This document shows positions 37,758 through 48,358 of a DNA stretch of 64,000 bases, in pieces. The position numbers and the translations under genes are program-made. The stretch is from an uncultured Planctomycetia bacterium (GTDB taxonomy: Bacteria > Omnitrophota > Gorgyraeia > 2-02-FULL-51-18). Below the pieces are notes generated by a model. That model was given only the letters and a program-made list of their open reading frames with translations. It did not search any database and was not told the origin of the DNA. Position 1 is the first letter of the stretch. Each line of letters opens with the position of its first letter. Location of the stretch: the NCBI GenBank assembly GCA_964642015.1, contig CAZXLF010000005.1:75847-139846 (forward strand). Reading direction: 5' to 3'.

Positions 37758-38444
37758 TTACTCCTCCTCCGAAATAAATTTATATCCGATATTCCTTACA
37801 GTCTCGATAAACATAGCAGACCTGCCCTCTATTTTAGAACGCAGACGCCTTATATGCACATCGACCGTACGCGTACCGCCATAGTACTCGTAACCCCATA
37901 CTTTGTTTAAAAGCACTTCACGAGTGAATACGGTACCAGGATTACTGCATAAAAATTTCAGCAATTCAAATTCCGTAAAGGTCAGATCGATCTTCTTATC
38001 CCCGATACGGACCTCGTATTTGGCTACATCAATGCTGAGCTTGCCTCGTTGAATAATGTTCTTCTGATCTACTTTATGAAGCCGTTTAAATAAAAGATTA
38101 ACTCTGGCAATTGCCTCAGGCATCCTAATCGGTCGGTAAAGCACTTCCTGAATTCCTGAAGGTAAATCAGCGTTTTTCATCTCTGCTTCATCCATTAGAA
38201 GAAGCATCGGAATATCCTGTGTTTGCGGTTCCTTTTTTATCGCGTAATAAAGGTCAATGATCTCAAAATAGCTGTTCTTCGGATTTAAAATAATAAGATC
38301 GGGTTCTTTTTCTACCGTAGTATTCAGAGAGATTGCATTCTTGGATATAATCTGCGAAGAAAAATGCGTTTCTTTTTTCAAGGCCTCTTTCAGTTCATGA
38401 CCCTGTTTATTTTGATCGCCGATAATAAGGATACTTCCAACCAT
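37758..38444 (-). CDS. OmpR-family winged-helix response regulator with a degenerate (non-phosphorylatable) receiver domain.
   Basis: The C-terminal trans_reg_C domain reads LTFTEFELLKFL...VWGYEYYGGTRTVDVHIRRLRSKIE. The receiver has N where the phospho-Asp should be (PDLIILNPKN), GD instead of the DD/ED pair, no Thr/Ser at the LT position, and R at the conserved Lys. Confidence 0.7.
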   Translation of the reverse strand: MVGSILIIGDQNKQGHELKEALKKETHFSSQIISKNAISLNTTVEKEPDLIILNPKNSYFEIIDLYYAIKKEPQTQDIPMLLLMDEAEMKNADLPSGIQEVLYRPIRMPEAIARVNLLFKRLHKVDQKNIIQRGKLSIDVAKYEVRIGDKKIDLTFTEFELLKFLCSNPGTVFTREVLLNKVWGYEYYGGTRTVDVHIRRLRSKIEGRSAMFIETVRNIGYKFISEEE

Positions 38445-38445
38445 T

Positions 38446-39270
38446 TTAAAGTCCTACTATACTGATACCCGCTTGGTCCGCAGTTTCAATCAATTTATCC
38501 TTGAATAGCATGATCGTTTTTAAACCTTCGATACCGATGACCTGAGATCCTACGGACCTCATCGATTCAAGTGTTTCACGGCCAATACAAGGCAGATCGA
38601 ACCTGAAATCCTGATTGGGTTTGGCCACTTTGACAATAACAGCTCCGCTGCCGCTCAGTTGTCCTCCCCTGCGGATCGCGGCGTCGGTGCCTTCGAGAGC
38701 TTCTACGGCCAATACCACTCCATCCTTGACCACAACGGTCTGGCCGATATCCATTCTGCCAATTCCTTTCGCGATACGCCAGCCAAATTTTAGATCATTA
38801 TTTTCAGAAGCGCTGGGCACTTGCTTGGTCATGACGCCTTTGACAGCCAAAGTATTCTTCAAAAAAACCCTGGAATCAAGAATGGACACGCCGCATTTGG
38901 CCTTCAAAAAAAACTGGAACGCCTTTAATATGTGATCATCGCCTTTGTTTTTTGTACGGCCGATCAAGCCTTTGGCAGTGTCATCCATATGAAATGATGG
39001 GTTATAGATCTCACGTTTCGGAATTCCGCCGGCTAATACGACTTTCTTGGTTTTTGTCTTTTTCAAAAGATCGACCAGCCCTCCAAGCGCTCCCAACTCA
39101 AGGTAATGTGTTTCTTTTGCGTATTTTTCGATGCGCGGATCGGTTTGCCCTTTGACGGCAAAAACCACTAGCGGTTGTTTCAAAGAAGCAGCTGCTTCGG
39201 CCAAAAGGATCGGAAAATCGCCCCTGCCTGCGATCAAACCGATAGCATTTGAAGAAGAATTCCAGAGCAT
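38446..39270 (-). CDS. lpxI: UDP-2,3-diacylglucosamine hydrolase LpxI (DUF1009).
   Basis: N-terminal IGLIAGRGDFP. C-terminal EGTDAAIRRG. It lies within the lpx cluster, and no lpxH is present in the window. Confidence 0.7.
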   Translation of the reverse strand: MLWNSSSNAIGLIAGRGDFPILLAEAAASLKQPLVVFAVKGQTDPRIEKYAKETHYLELGALGGLVDLLKKTKTKKVVLAGGIPKREIYNPSFHMDDTAKGLIGRTKNKGDDHILKAFQFFLKAKCGVSILDSRVFLKNTLAVKGVMTKQVPSASENNDLKFGWRIAKGIGRMDIGQTVVVKDGVVLAVEALEGTDAAIRRGGQLSGSGAVIVKVAKPNQDFRFDLPCIGRETLESMRSVGSQVIGIEGLKTIMLFKDKLIETADQAGISIVGL

Positions 39271-39273
39271 TTT

Positions 39274-40113
39274 CTATATCTTGACGCCGGCTTTGAGCAC
39301 GCTGCGAGGAATGCCACGTTCAGATTTACTGACAAACTCTAAAAGATGATCAATATCCGGATTTCTATTGAATTCCTCTTTAATCCTTGGAATAGCGGTA
39401 GAGAATTTAAGACCTGAGGCAAACAATATCTTTAACGCTTTTTTCAATTGGAGCGCATCCTTCGAACTATATCCCGCTCGTTTAAGCCCCACTGAATTCA
39501 ATCCATAAAACTTAACCGGATTCCCGTCGCAGATCGAGAATGGAGGAATATCCGTATTAACCTTTGAAACGCCTCCGATCATTGAAAGTTTACCAATGCG
39601 GACGAATTGATGAACTCCGGTCAAACCACCGACCACCGCCTGGTCTTCCACTGTCACATGTCCCGACAAACCGACCGAATTCACAAGCGTGATATCATTT
39701 CCCAACTGACAATCATGCGCCACATGAACACCGATCATGATAAAATTCCTATCACCGACTATGGTCTTCGAGCCATCCTTGCTTCCGACATTCATCGTGA
39801 CATATTCGCGGATCATGTTGTCATTACCTATAATAAGGTATGATCTGATGCCATTATACTTTTTATCTTGCGGGGCCGTGCCAAGACAGGCACCAGAGAA
39901 TATTTTGCAATTGTTGCCAATCTCGGTGTACCCATCAATAACCACATGATTTGCAATCTTGGTTCCGTTACCTATCTTTACATGAGGGCCAATGATCGTA
40001 TATGGACCTATCTCAACGTTATCAGCGATCTGAGATGCCTCGTCGACAATGGCCGTCGGATGTATCCTGGCCCTCACTGATTTACTCGACGAGAGCGAAC
40101 ATGAACTCTGCAT
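39274..40113 (-). CDS. lpxA: Acyl-ACP:UDP-GlcNAc O-acyltransferase.
   Basis: Left-handed beta-helix hexapeptide repeats ([37 protein letters not shown]...). Start is approximate; the ORF-track start at 40131 overlaps lpxC-fabZ. Confidence 0.85.
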   Translation of the reverse strand: MQSSCSLSSSKSVRARIHPTAIVDEASQIADNVEIGPYTIIGPHVKIGNGTKIANHVVIDGYTEIGNNCKIFSGACLGTAPQDKKYNGIRSYLIIGNDNMIREYVTMNVGSKDGSKTIVGDRNFIMIGVHVAHDCQLGNDITLVNSVGLSGHVTVEDQAVVGGLTGVHQFVRIGKLSMIGGVSKVNTDIPPFSICDGNPVKFYGLNSVGLKRAGYSSKDALQLKKALKILFASGLKFSTAIPRIKEEFNRNPDIDHLLEFVSKSERGIPRSVLKAGVKI

Positions 40114-41434
40114 CACAAACTTCTTCTCCATTTACTTTTGCAACACCTTGAACAACGCCTATTTTTGATTTCATCTTAGTGACTTTGATCTCGAGTCTCA
40201 ATTGATCGCCCGGAACAACAGTTTTGCGGAAACGCGCTTTTTCGATAGACATAAAGTAAGCCAGCTTTCCGCGGTTTTCACTCTTAATAAGCATCATCAC
40301 ACCACCTACCTGCGCCAGCGCCTCAATAATTAAAACTCCCGGCATGATGGCTCTTTCCGGAAAATGCCCCTGAAAAAACGGTTCGTTAGCACTGACATTT
40401 TTCAGACCCACCGCCGTCATATCCCCGATCTCGAGGATCCTATCGACCAATAAGAACGGATAACGATGAGGCAGTATCTTTTTGATCTCTTCCAAACCGA
40501 ACGGCGGTTTTAAAGCATCATGTTCTTTTTTAGCTGTCATAGTCTCCCTCTGTTTCTTGATCTCTTCGACCAGTTTTGCATTCAGCGCATGCCCGCTGCG
40601 GATACCGACTACGTGACCTAAAACAGAAAAACCCAGCAGACTTAAGTCTCCGACGATATCGAGCATCTTGTGACGGGCACATTCGTCCTTAAAACGAAGC
40701 TCATTTTGGATCACTCCATTCTTTCCGAACACGAGCGTATTTTGATAATTCGCACCGGCCCCGAATCCTCTTTCCTGAAGGGACAGTGCTTCGTTTTCAG
40801 TGCAAAAAGTGCGGGCCGGCGCTATCTCCTTTTCGAAAGTTTCAGGCGTCACAGCCAAGTCCACACTTTGACCTTTGAGATCCGGATGAGGATAATCCAA
40901 AACATATGAAATCCGGTACTCGCTCGAAGGATAAATAGCGATCGCTTTATTATGGTCATGACAAAAAATAGGTTCCCTGATCTTGTATATCTTGCACGGA
41001 ACCTGCTGATCGCGGATCGCAAGAGAACGGAAAAATTTAGCAAACGGCAATGAGCTACCATCAAGACCGGGTATTTCAGGACCGTCCACGTGAACCTGTA
41101 TATTCGTAATACCCAATCCTGAAAGAGCAGCCAGAAGGTGCTCTACTGTCTTGATCTGATTTTCATCTGTTCCGATCGCCGTGCACCGAAGACTGGCTTC
41201 GAATCCATGCTCTGGCTTACGAAGATAATCCAGCGATACGCCATCATGAAAAAAACATATTCCTGAATTCACGGGTGCCGGTTTAAAAAAAACAGTGCTC
41301 ACTTCTCCCGTGTGTAAGCCTTTACCGGATAATGAGCCTTCGCGCAAAATGGTCTTTTGGGACTTCAAAAACAGACTATCAGCAGCTTCGGAAGAGGATG
41401 CTTCAGATCGCCGGGCCGCAGTGGTCTGTTTCAC
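40082..41434 (-). CDS. lpxC-fabZ: Bifunctional LpxC-FabZ (UDP-3-O-acyl-GlcNAc deacetylase fused to 3-hydroxyacyl-ACP dehydratase).
   Basis: The N-terminal roughly 300 aa form the LpxC fold. The C-terminal FabZ hot-dog domain carries [14 protein letters not shown]...FFQGHFP...[11 protein letters not shown]. Confidence 0.85.
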   Translation of the reverse strand: MKQTTAARRSEASSSEAADSLFLKSQKTILREGSLSGKGLHTGEVSTVFFKPAPVNSGICFFHDGVSLDYLRKPEHGFEASLRCTAIGTDENQIKTVEHLLAALSGLGITNIQVHVDGPEIPGLDGSSLPFAKFFRSLAIRDQQVPCKIYKIREPIFCHDHNKAIAIYPSSEYRISYVLDYPHPDLKGQSVDLAVTPETFEKEIAPARTFCTENEALSLQERGFGAGANYQNTLVFGKNGVIQNELRFKDECARHKMLDIVGDLSLLGFSVLGHVVGIRSGHALNAKLVEEIKKQRETMTAKKEHDALKPPFGLEEIKKILPHRYPFLLVDRILEIGDMTAVGLKNVSANEPFFQGHFPERAIMPGVLIIEALAQVGGVMMLIKSENRGKLAYFMSIEKARFRKTVVPGDQLRLEIKVTKMKSKIGVVQGVAKVNGEEVCDAEFMFALVE

Positions 41435-42498
41435 TTTGCACCTGACATAGCAGATAGTTTTCTCTTTATCTCGGATAATTCTTTGAAAATTTCAGGCAAT
41501 TTAGCCGTTAAAGCAATGATCCTTTTCTGTTCAGACAAAGGTCTGGCTGGCTGTCCTAAAACCACTGAATTGGCAGGAATAGATTTGGTAACTCCGGCAC
41601 CAGCACCAACCACGACACAGTCACCCAACTCAATATGGCCCACAAGCCCTGCCTGACCCGCTAAAACAACGTTCTTGCCAAGCTTTGTGGAGCCCGATAT
41701 ACCCGCTTGTGAGACAATGAGACAATTTTCACCGATGATCACATTGTGAGCGATCTGAACAAGATTATCGATCTTCGTTCCCTTTTTGATCCACGTGGCA
41801 TCAAAACGCCCGCGATCCACGCACACATTCGCGCCGATCTCAACATCATCCTCGATCCTGACCATACCGGTATGAGGGATCTTCACATGAATCTCATCGA
41901 CGCTTTCGTAACCGTATCCATCACTTCCGATCACCGTGCCGCTGTGAATAATCACCCGATCGCCGATCTCGGTCCGTTCACGCACAGTCACGTTGGGATA
42001 GATCAAAGTATCGGAACCGATCGTTGAACCGGAACCGATAAAACTATTCGCTTGAATAACGGTTTTATTGCCGATGCTGCAATCTTTTTCGATCACAACA
42101 TGCGGACCGATCGCGACTTCCTTGCCTAGAACAACGCTTGGGTCAATGACCGACGTCGGATGGATGCCTGAAATTCCTGAGTGATTGGAAGAAGCAAATA
42201 AAGCGATGACTTTTGTGAACGCCTGTGAAGGATTTGAAGTACGTATCAAAGACTTACGTTTGCTTACAACATCTTTCGATGTGATGACAGCAGACGCTTC
42301 CGTTTCGTCTAGGAAAGAAAGATATTTAGAATTCGCCAGAAAAGTGATTTCGCCTTTTCTGGCTTCTTTGATACCGGCTACACCGCTGATGGAAATATCA
42401 GAGTCGCCGACTATTTCTCCGCCGACAAGCTCCGCTATTTTTTTGAGCTCTAAGGTTTTTGCCGATTTCCCACTATTTTTTCTTTTCGTAGGAATCAT
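41431..42498 (-). CDS. lpxD: UDP-3-O-acylglucosamine N-acyltransferase.
   Basis: Hexapeptide-repeat beta-helix. 355 aa. Confidence 0.9.
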   Translation of the reverse strand: MIPTKRKNSGKSAKTLELKKIAELVGGEIVGDSDISISGVAGIKEARKGEITFLANSKYLSFLDETEASAVITSKDVVSKRKSLIRTSNPSQAFTKVIALFASSNHSGISGIHPTSVIDPSVVLGKEVAIGPHVVIEKDCSIGNKTVIQANSFIGSGSTIGSDTLIYPNVTVRERTEIGDRVIIHSGTVIGSDGYGYESVDEIHVKIPHTGMVRIEDDVEIGANVCVDRGRFDATWIKKGTKIDNLVQIAHNVIIGENCLIVSQAGISGSTKLGKNVVLAGQAGLVGHIELGDCVVVGAGAGVTKSIPANSVVLGQPARPLSEQKRIIALTAKLPEIFKELSEIKRKLSAMSGAK

Positions 42499-42988
42499 TC
42501 AAAGCCTTGATGACCTGATTGGTCAGGTCGCCGCCTTCACCTTTGTAAACCAGAACACGGTCATTGAAAATATAAGAATATCCCTGGCTTTTTCCGAAAT
42601 TCTGGATAACCGTTTCTATTTCTTTCAGGATATCACGGACCATGCCGTCGCGCTCGCGGCGCAGACTGTCACGAGTCGTACGGTCATATTCCTGGAGCGC
42701 CTTGATCTTTTCATCGATGACAACTTGCTTGTCATCTTTGGCCTTGGCACTCAGGAGTTCCGCTTCATCCCTCAGTTTCTTGATCTCAGCGACCATCTTA
42801 TCGCGATCGGTCTGCTTGGAAGCGCCTTTGGCTTCAAGCGACTTATCGAATTCTTTAGTCTTTTGATATTCATCAAATACCCTCGCCAAATCAACATAAC
42901 CAATTTTTTCTCCCGCCGCAAAAGCCGGCAAAGAGATAAAAGCGGCTAAGAAAAACGTGGATAGGGTTACTAATAACGTTTTTTTCAT
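42473..42988 (-). CDS. skp: Periplasmic chaperone Skp/OmpH.
   Basis: Signal peptide, coiled-coil-rich sequence. 171 aa, between lpxD and bamA. Confidence 0.8.
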   Translation of the reverse strand: MKKTLLVTLSTFFLAAFISLPAFAAGEKIGYVDLARVFDEYQKTKEFDKSLEAKGASKQTDRDKMVAEIKKLRDEAELLSAKAKDDKQVVIDEKIKALQEYDRTTRDSLRRERDGMVRDILKEIETVIQNFGKSQGYSYIFNDRVLVYKGEGGDLTNQVIKALNDSYEKKK

Positions 42989-43032
42989 CTTGGAATTTCC
43001 TCCTTAGTTTAGAATTTAAAAGATCCCGGGGC

Positions 43033-45354
43033 TTAAAACCCTTGGCTGATATTAAAGTAGAATCGAAGTTTTTTCTTTTCTTGAGGGATATCATCCAACG
43101 GATATCCAGCATCCAATTTGACCGGCCCGATCGGCGTTTTGATGCGCACGCCTACACCGGCGCCTGAAACAAGACCGCCTTTGCCGAAATCGCCGATTTT
43201 TTCTTCGACATTGCCGGTATCAAAAAATACCGCACCTTTGATCAAATCCGGATAAATAGGAAAAGTCTCTTCGACGTTGAAGATCCAATAAGCGTCACCG
43301 CCGACCGGCTGCTGATTACCCGGGTCACGCGGACCAACACGTTGTTCACGATAACCGCGGATCGTATTCGCACCGCCGGCAAAATAACGCTCATAAATCG
43401 GAACATCATTAGTTTTGCCATAAGCATCCGCGATACCTGCGCGGCCTTTTAATTCAAGCACCATTTTATCAAAATTTTTGAAATAAGAGCTAGCGATGCC
43501 ATACAGTTTCGTAAAATTCTTATCTCCTCCCAATGCACCGCCCGCGACCTCACCTGTTCCCGAGACCATGAAACCTTTTGTCGGATTGTAAATGTTGTCA
43601 CGCTGGTCATGGGTAAGCGTAAGCGCAACGCTTGAGGTCGTATTCCTTCCGGATTCATCTTTAAGCGCCTGTGAAGCGTCATCTGGAATATCAGAAATTT
43701 TTACCTCTTCAAGCTTATACATTAAAAGACCCTTATCATATTCCGTAAATTCTTTGCCCAATCTCAGATCGCCGCCGGTCTTTCTCTCGCTGAAGAAATA
43801 ACCCGAATTAGAGGATTTGTCGAATTCCTTCCGGTAAAGGTCGAATCCGAATGAATAAGGGTATCCAAAAACCCACGGCTCCGTAAAACTGAGTTCGGCA
43901 TTCTTGCGGACACTCCCACCTTCAAATCTCATCATAAAATCTTGGCCGGCACCGGTGAAATTTTTCCAATTTTGCCAATCAAAATTCTTTTGACGGATCT
44001 GCACAAAACCGATGATCGAATCAATAGAACTATAACCACCTCCAAAACTAAACTCGCCCGTCTTACCTTCCTTAACACTGACCAAGAGATCTCTCGTATT
44101 AGGAGTCGCCCCAGGATCTGTGTCAAACCGCACATCTTCGAAGAAACCTAGATTATACAAGCGTTCTTTGGACCTTTTAAGTTTAGCGCCGCTAAAAGAC
44201 TCGCCCGGATAAGCGCGAAGTTCACGGCGAATGACATTATCTTTAGTTTTAGTATTGCCTTGGATACGAACGCGGCCGACGTAAGTCAGTTCGTTTTCAG
44301 TAATCGTATAATTTAAATCCACACGGTCCGTCGTTTCGTTGTATACAGATTCGGAGCGGATCTGAGCCGAAAGATAACCTTTTTCAAAATAAAGGTCCTG
44401 GATATTCGCCACATCCAAACGCAGGCCGCGGCGTGAAAACGGTTTATCCTTCGTCATCGCGATCGCCTTCATGATCTCATCGGATTTGATCACCGAATTG
44501 CCTTTTAGCTGAACATCCCCGACAAGATATTTTTTGCCTTCATTGATGATGATCTTCAAAATAATATCGCCGCTGTCCTTGGCCGAACCGATCGGTTCAG
44601 TATCCGTTTTAACATCAACGTCGCTGAAACCGGCTTCGTCATAAAGCGCTTTGATGCGCTCGACATCCTCCGAAAGGTCTTCCTCGTTCAAATAACCAGA
44701 ATGGAACCATCCCCACCATTCCATCTTTTTGGTTTTTATCTTCCCGAGAATATCTCCGGATTTGATGGATTTATTTCCGACGACCTGGATATCGCGGATA
44801 CGGACCTTTGAACCTTCATCGATCAGGATCCTTAAGACCGCCTGATTCGTGTCCGGATTCACATCAAGCGAATCATCGATCTTCACATCCGAAAAACCTT
44901 TCTTTTCATAAAGTTTGCGGATCGATTCAATATCATCGCGCACGCGCTTCTGATCAACAAAATCGCCCACCGTCGACTGCATTTCTTTTTTCACCGCGTC
45001 ATGGCCTATCTTTTTATTGCCTTCGATCTTGATCTCAGAAAGAACCGGCTTTTCGACCACAACGAACATCACCTTCACCCCGTCCAACAGATCTTCCTGA
45101 TCAATTCTGACATCAGTAAAATAACCCAGTCCATAAAGCCTTTTTAGGTCTTCATTCAAAATGGCGGAGGACAATGGTTGCCCGACTTGGGTTTTGACCT
45201 TTGCTAAAATCGTTAGGCTGGAAACTGTCTTATTCCCTTTAACATCAACGGCTTTGACGATTTTATCGCTATCGCTAGAGTGTGCAGAAGAGGCAAAAAT
45301 CTGGAAAAAAGAAAAAACAAGAAGGAATGATAAAAAAAGTGTCTTGGATCTCAT
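43033..45354 (-). CDS. bamA: Outer-membrane protein assembly factor BamA.
   Basis: POTRA repeats plus a C-terminal beta-barrel ending ...RFYFNISQGF. The start was moved to the internal Met at 45354 (MRSKTLFLSFLL signal peptide). Confidence 0.9.
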   Translation of the reverse strand: MRSKTLFLSFLLVFSFFQIFASSAHSSDSDKIVKAVDVKGNKTVSSLTILAKVKTQVGQPLSSAILNEDLKRLYGLGYFTDVRIDQEDLLDGVKVMFVVVEKPVLSEIKIEGNKKIGHDAVKKEMQSTVGDFVDQKRVRDDIESIRKLYEKKGFSDVKIDDSLDVNPDTNQAVLRILIDEGSKVRIRDIQVVGNKSIKSGDILGKIKTKKMEWWGWFHSGYLNEEDLSEDVERIKALYDEAGFSDVDVKTDTEPIGSAKDSGDIILKIIINEGKKYLVGDVQLKGNSVIKSDEIMKAIAMTKDKPFSRRGLRLDVANIQDLYFEKGYLSAQIRSESVYNETTDRVDLNYTITENELTYVGRVRIQGNTKTKDNVIRRELRAYPGESFSGAKLKRSKERLYNLGFFEDVRFDTDPGATPNTRDLLVSVKEGKTGEFSFGGGYSSIDSIIGFVQIRQKNFDWQNWKNFTGAGQDFMMRFEGGSVRKNAELSFTEPWVFGYPYSFGFDLYRKEFDKSSNSGYFFSERKTGGDLRLGKEFTEYDKGLLMYKLEEVKISDIPDDASQALKDESGRNTTSSVALTLTHDQRDNIYNPTKGFMVSGTGEVAGGALGGDKNFTKLYGIASSYFKNFDKMVLELKGRAGIADAYGKTNDVPIYERYFAGGANTIRGYREQRVGPRDPGNQQPVGGDAYWIFNVEETFPIYPDLIKGAVFFDTGNVEEKIGDFGKGGLVSGAGVGVRIKTPIGPVKLDAGYPLDDIPQEKKKLRFYFNISQGF

Positions 45355-45453
45355 ATTTTGAGTGTTTACTTTAACACAGCCACCTAAATAAATCAAAGCA
45401 TTACATTCGTGGTTACAGGTCTGACCTAGGTGACGGACAGACGGAATAATCCC

Positions 45454-46815
45454 TTAGGACATCTCTTCGCGGCGCATCAATTCCGCGTTCTCAAAACGCG
45501 TGTATTCGTGAATAAAAGCGAGTTTTAAGCTGCCTACGGGGCCGTTCCTTTGCTTGGCGATAATCACTTCAGCCTTTCCACGGTTCTCCTCTGTAGGGTT
45601 GTAATACTCTTCTCTCAAAAGAAGCACGACTACGTCTGCGTCTTGTTCAATGGCGCCGGATTCCCTCAAATCCGATAATTGCGGCCTGTGATCAGTCCTA
45701 GATTCTACAGCGCGCGACAGCTGGCTGATCGCAATAAGCGGAACGTTCAACTCACGCGCCAATTCTTTAAGCGAACGGGATATCTCAGAGATCTCCTGCT
45801 GGCGGTTTTCGCTGCCAGCTGTTCCCTGCATCAGCTGCAAATAATCTAAGATCAAAAGCTTAATATCAAACTGCGCTTTCAAACGGCGAGCTTTGGCTTT
45901 CAATTCAAGAATGCTAATGCCCGGTGTGTCATCGATATAAATAGGCGCTTCGGATAATTTAGCAGCGGCGCTCGTTAAATTCGGCCAGTCTGACTGCGCC
46001 AAAAATCCTGTCCTGACCTTGTGAGCGTTGACGCGCGCGCAGGAACAAAGCATTCTTTGGATCAATTGCTCTTTGGACATTTCCAAACTGAATATCGCGA
46101 CTGGCGCCTTGACGACCATGCCAACATGTTCGGCGATACAAGTCATTAACGCGCTCTTACCCATCGACGGCCGTGCTGCGATAATAATGAGATCCGACGG
46201 CTGAAGTCCCGCGGTCTGTGTATCGAATTCATGAAAACCCGTTGCAATACCGGTAATATGTTCTTTTCTCTGATAAAGTTTGTCGATCGTTTCGATCTGA
46301 TTGCGGATGATCTCTTTTAACGGAACGACTCCGCCGGAGAATTTCCGGCTCGTAATATCAAAAATGACCTTTTCTGCGCGATCGAGAAGAGTTTCAACGT
46401 CTTGTGACGCGTCGTAACAATCCGTCACGATATGGGTCGCGTTCGTGATCAAATGACGAAGGATGTATTTTTCCCTTACGATCTTTGTGTAATACAAAAG
46501 ATTAGCGGCGGTCGGGACAGCAGTTGTAAGAAAAGCCAGGTAACTTGCTCCGCCCACATCTTCCAAAATCCCCTTGCGATCCAAATGTTCGGTTAAAGTC
46601 ACAATGTCTGCGGGTTTATTTTCGTTGAAAAGATCGATCAGGGTCTGGAATATTTTTTTATGTGCGTCTTTGTAGAACGCCTCAGGAGTCAACAGTTCAA
46701 TCGCCTGCGTGACCGCATCTTCTTCGATCAGCATCGAGCCTAACACAGAAACCTCGGCATCTATATTTTGTGGTGGGACTTTTTCCCGCTGGAGCATCGT
46801 TTCAAGACTTTGCAT
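45454..46815 (-). CDS. dnaB: Replicative DNA helicase DnaB.
   Basis: N-terminal domain plus RecA-like core. Walker A GARPSMGKSALM. Confidence 0.95.
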   Translation of the reverse strand: MQSLETMLQREKVPPQNIDAEVSVLGSMLIEEDAVTQAIELLTPEAFYKDAHKKIFQTLIDLFNENKPADIVTLTEHLDRKGILEDVGGASYLAFLTTAVPTAANLLYYTKIVREKYILRHLITNATHIVTDCYDASQDVETLLDRAEKVIFDITSRKFSGGVVPLKEIIRNQIETIDKLYQRKEHITGIATGFHEFDTQTAGLQPSDLIIIAARPSMGKSALMTCIAEHVGMVVKAPVAIFSLEMSKEQLIQRMLCSCARVNAHKVRTGFLAQSDWPNLTSAAAKLSEAPIYIDDTPGISILELKAKARRLKAQFDIKLLILDYLQLMQGTAGSENRQQEISEISRSLKELARELNVPLIAISQLSRAVESRTDHRPQLSDLRESGAIEQDADVVVLLLREEYYNPTEENRGKAEVIIAKQRNGPVGSLKLAFIHEYTRFENAELMRREEMS

Positions 46816-46818
46816 GGC

Positions 46819-47274
46819 CTAATTCTTCTTTTTTACTACCCACAGTTTCAGTTTGACTTGAATATCCGTATGCAACTTGACCGGCACCGTGTACGCACCG
46901 AGTTTTTTGATCGGTTCTTCTAAATGAATATCTTTCTTATCGACCAATATACTTTGCTTCAAAAGTTCCTGCTGAATATCCTGAGAGGTTACCGCACCAA
47001 ATAGTTTGTCCGCTTCGCCCGCCAATACTTCTATCGTCAGCGATAAAGCGGATATTTTTTTAGCGAGCTCTTCGGCATGAGCTTTGGTTTGCGCCTGCTC
47101 TTTGGCACTTCGAGCCTTCTCTTCTTCAAAGTTCTTAAGATTTGAGGTCGTAGCAAGCTTTGCTTTTTTATGAGGGATCAAAAAATTATGCGCATAACCT
47201 GACGAAACTTTGATCACCTGGCCGCGCTTGCCCAGTTTAGGGTCCGTCTCGGTCAGAACTACCTCAATATCCAT
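46819..47274 (-). CDS. rplI: 50S ribosomal protein L9.
   Basis: Begins MDIEVVLTETDPKLGKRGQVIKVSSGYAHNFLIP. Confidence 0.9.
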   Translation of the reverse strand: MDIEVVLTETDPKLGKRGQVIKVSSGYAHNFLIPHKKAKLATTSNLKNFEEEKARSAKEQAQTKAHAEELAKKISALSLTIEVLAGEADKLFGAVTSQDIQQELLKQSILVDKKDIHLEEPIKKLGAYTVPVKLHTDIQVKLKLWVVKKKN

Positions 47275-47298
47275 GAAAATGTCCCCTGTAACGGGTGA

Positions 47299-47562
47299 TT
47301 ATTCTGCGACGTGCGCTAAAAGAGCGATCTGTCTGGCGCGTTTGATCTGGCGCGCTAAAAACCGCTGAGATTTCGCATTGGCTCCGGAAATGCGGCTCGG
47401 GATGATCTTGCCTCTTTCCGTAACAAAATAACGCAGACGTGCTATGTCTTTATAATCGATCGTCTCGATCTCTTCAGGTGTGAACTTGCAAACTTTCTTT
47501 TTGATGAACTTCTTTTTTACAGCCTCACCAAATTTTTTCTTTTTGATTTTCTTATCGAACAT
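47299..47562 (-). CDS. rpsR: 30S ribosomal protein S18.
   Basis: [25 protein letters not shown]...[12 protein letters not shown]. Confidence 0.9.
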   Translation of the reverse strand: MFDKKIKKKKFGEAVKKKFIKKKVCKFTPEEIETIDYKDIARLRYFVTERGKIIPSRISGANAKSQRFLARQIKRARQIALLAHVAE

Positions 47563-47593
47563 GCGTTTTCCCTTCCTTGTAATTTAATGATGG

Positions 47594-48052
47594 TTAAAAT
47601 GGTGTATCGTCTGAACCCTTGCTTGGTTCAGGATAATCTTCAAGCTGAATATCAGGGATTTCTTCTTTGCTGGAACTTTGAGCGATCTCGACCGGCACAT
47701 CGCGATCTTTGCCCGCGCCTTGTTGGCCTCTCAAAAATTGGATGTTCACGGCGATTACTTCCAAAGCGCTTCTCTTCTGACCGTCGGGACCGTCCCATGA
47801 CCTGCTTTGAAGCCGGCCTTCCACGAACACCGGGCTGCCTTTTGTCAGATATTCCCCGCAAACCTCGGCCATGCGGCCCCAGACAATGACTTTCACAAAA
47901 CTCACTTCTTCTTTTTTTTCGCCGGTCTGCAATTTGTAAACGCGGTTCATTGCGAGCGTAAAGCTGGCAACAGCGGATCCGCTCGGCACATAACGAAGTT
48001 CCGGATCGCGCGTTAGATTTCCTATCAATAAAACTTTATTCAGACTAGCCAT
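47594..48052 (-). CDS. ssb: Single-stranded DNA-binding protein.
   Basis: OB fold (MASLNKVLLIGNLTRDPELRY). Acidic C-terminal tip DDTPF. Confidence 0.9.
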   Translation of the reverse strand: MASLNKVLLIGNLTRDPELRYVPSGSAVASFTLAMNRVYKLQTGEKKEEVSFVKVIVWGRMAEVCGEYLTKGSPVFVEGRLQSRSWDGPDGQKRSALEVIAVNIQFLRGQQGAGKDRDVPVEIAQSSSKEEIPDIQLEDYPEPSKGSDDTPF

Positions 48053-48063
48053 GGGTCACCCCC

Positions 48064-48354
48064 TTATAGTGCATCCTTGTTCACTAACAAATACCTAAGC
48101 AAATGATCGTTCAGTCTCAACGCCTGGTCCAGCTTTTTGGATTGCTTGGAGTCCATTTGAAAATTCACGATCACGTAATTGCCTTCCTGCTTTTTTTTAA
48201 TCTTATAAGCCAGACGCTTTTTTCCCCATTCCTGGATGCCGTCAACCCGGCCGCCATTCTTAGAGACCAGATCCTGGATCTGTGTAACGACGCCTTTCGC
48301 GTTGTCCGTAGACAGGTCGGGGTTAATGATAAATACACCTTCGTAATTCCGCAT
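48064..48354 (-). CDS. rpsF: 30S ribosomal protein S6.
   Basis: Begins MRNYEGVFIINPDLS. Confidence 0.9.
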   Translation of the reverse strand: MRNYEGVFIINPDLSTDNAKGVVTQIQDLVSKNGGRVDGIQEWGKKRLAYKIKKKQEGNYVIVNFQMDSKQSKKLDQALRLNDHLLRYLLVNKDAL

Positions 48355-48358
48355 TATT

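Noticed and set aside
42185-42949. Long plus-strand ORFs antisense to real genes: 254 aa at 42185..42949, 267 aa at 50360..51163, 186 aa at 52128..52688, 156 aa at 63262..63732, and many ORFs of 60-130 aa.
   Set aside because: They lie entirely within well-supported minus-strand genes (lpxD/skp, glmU, clpX, purD). They have low-complexity or odd composition and no recognisable domains. They are classic shadow ORFs.
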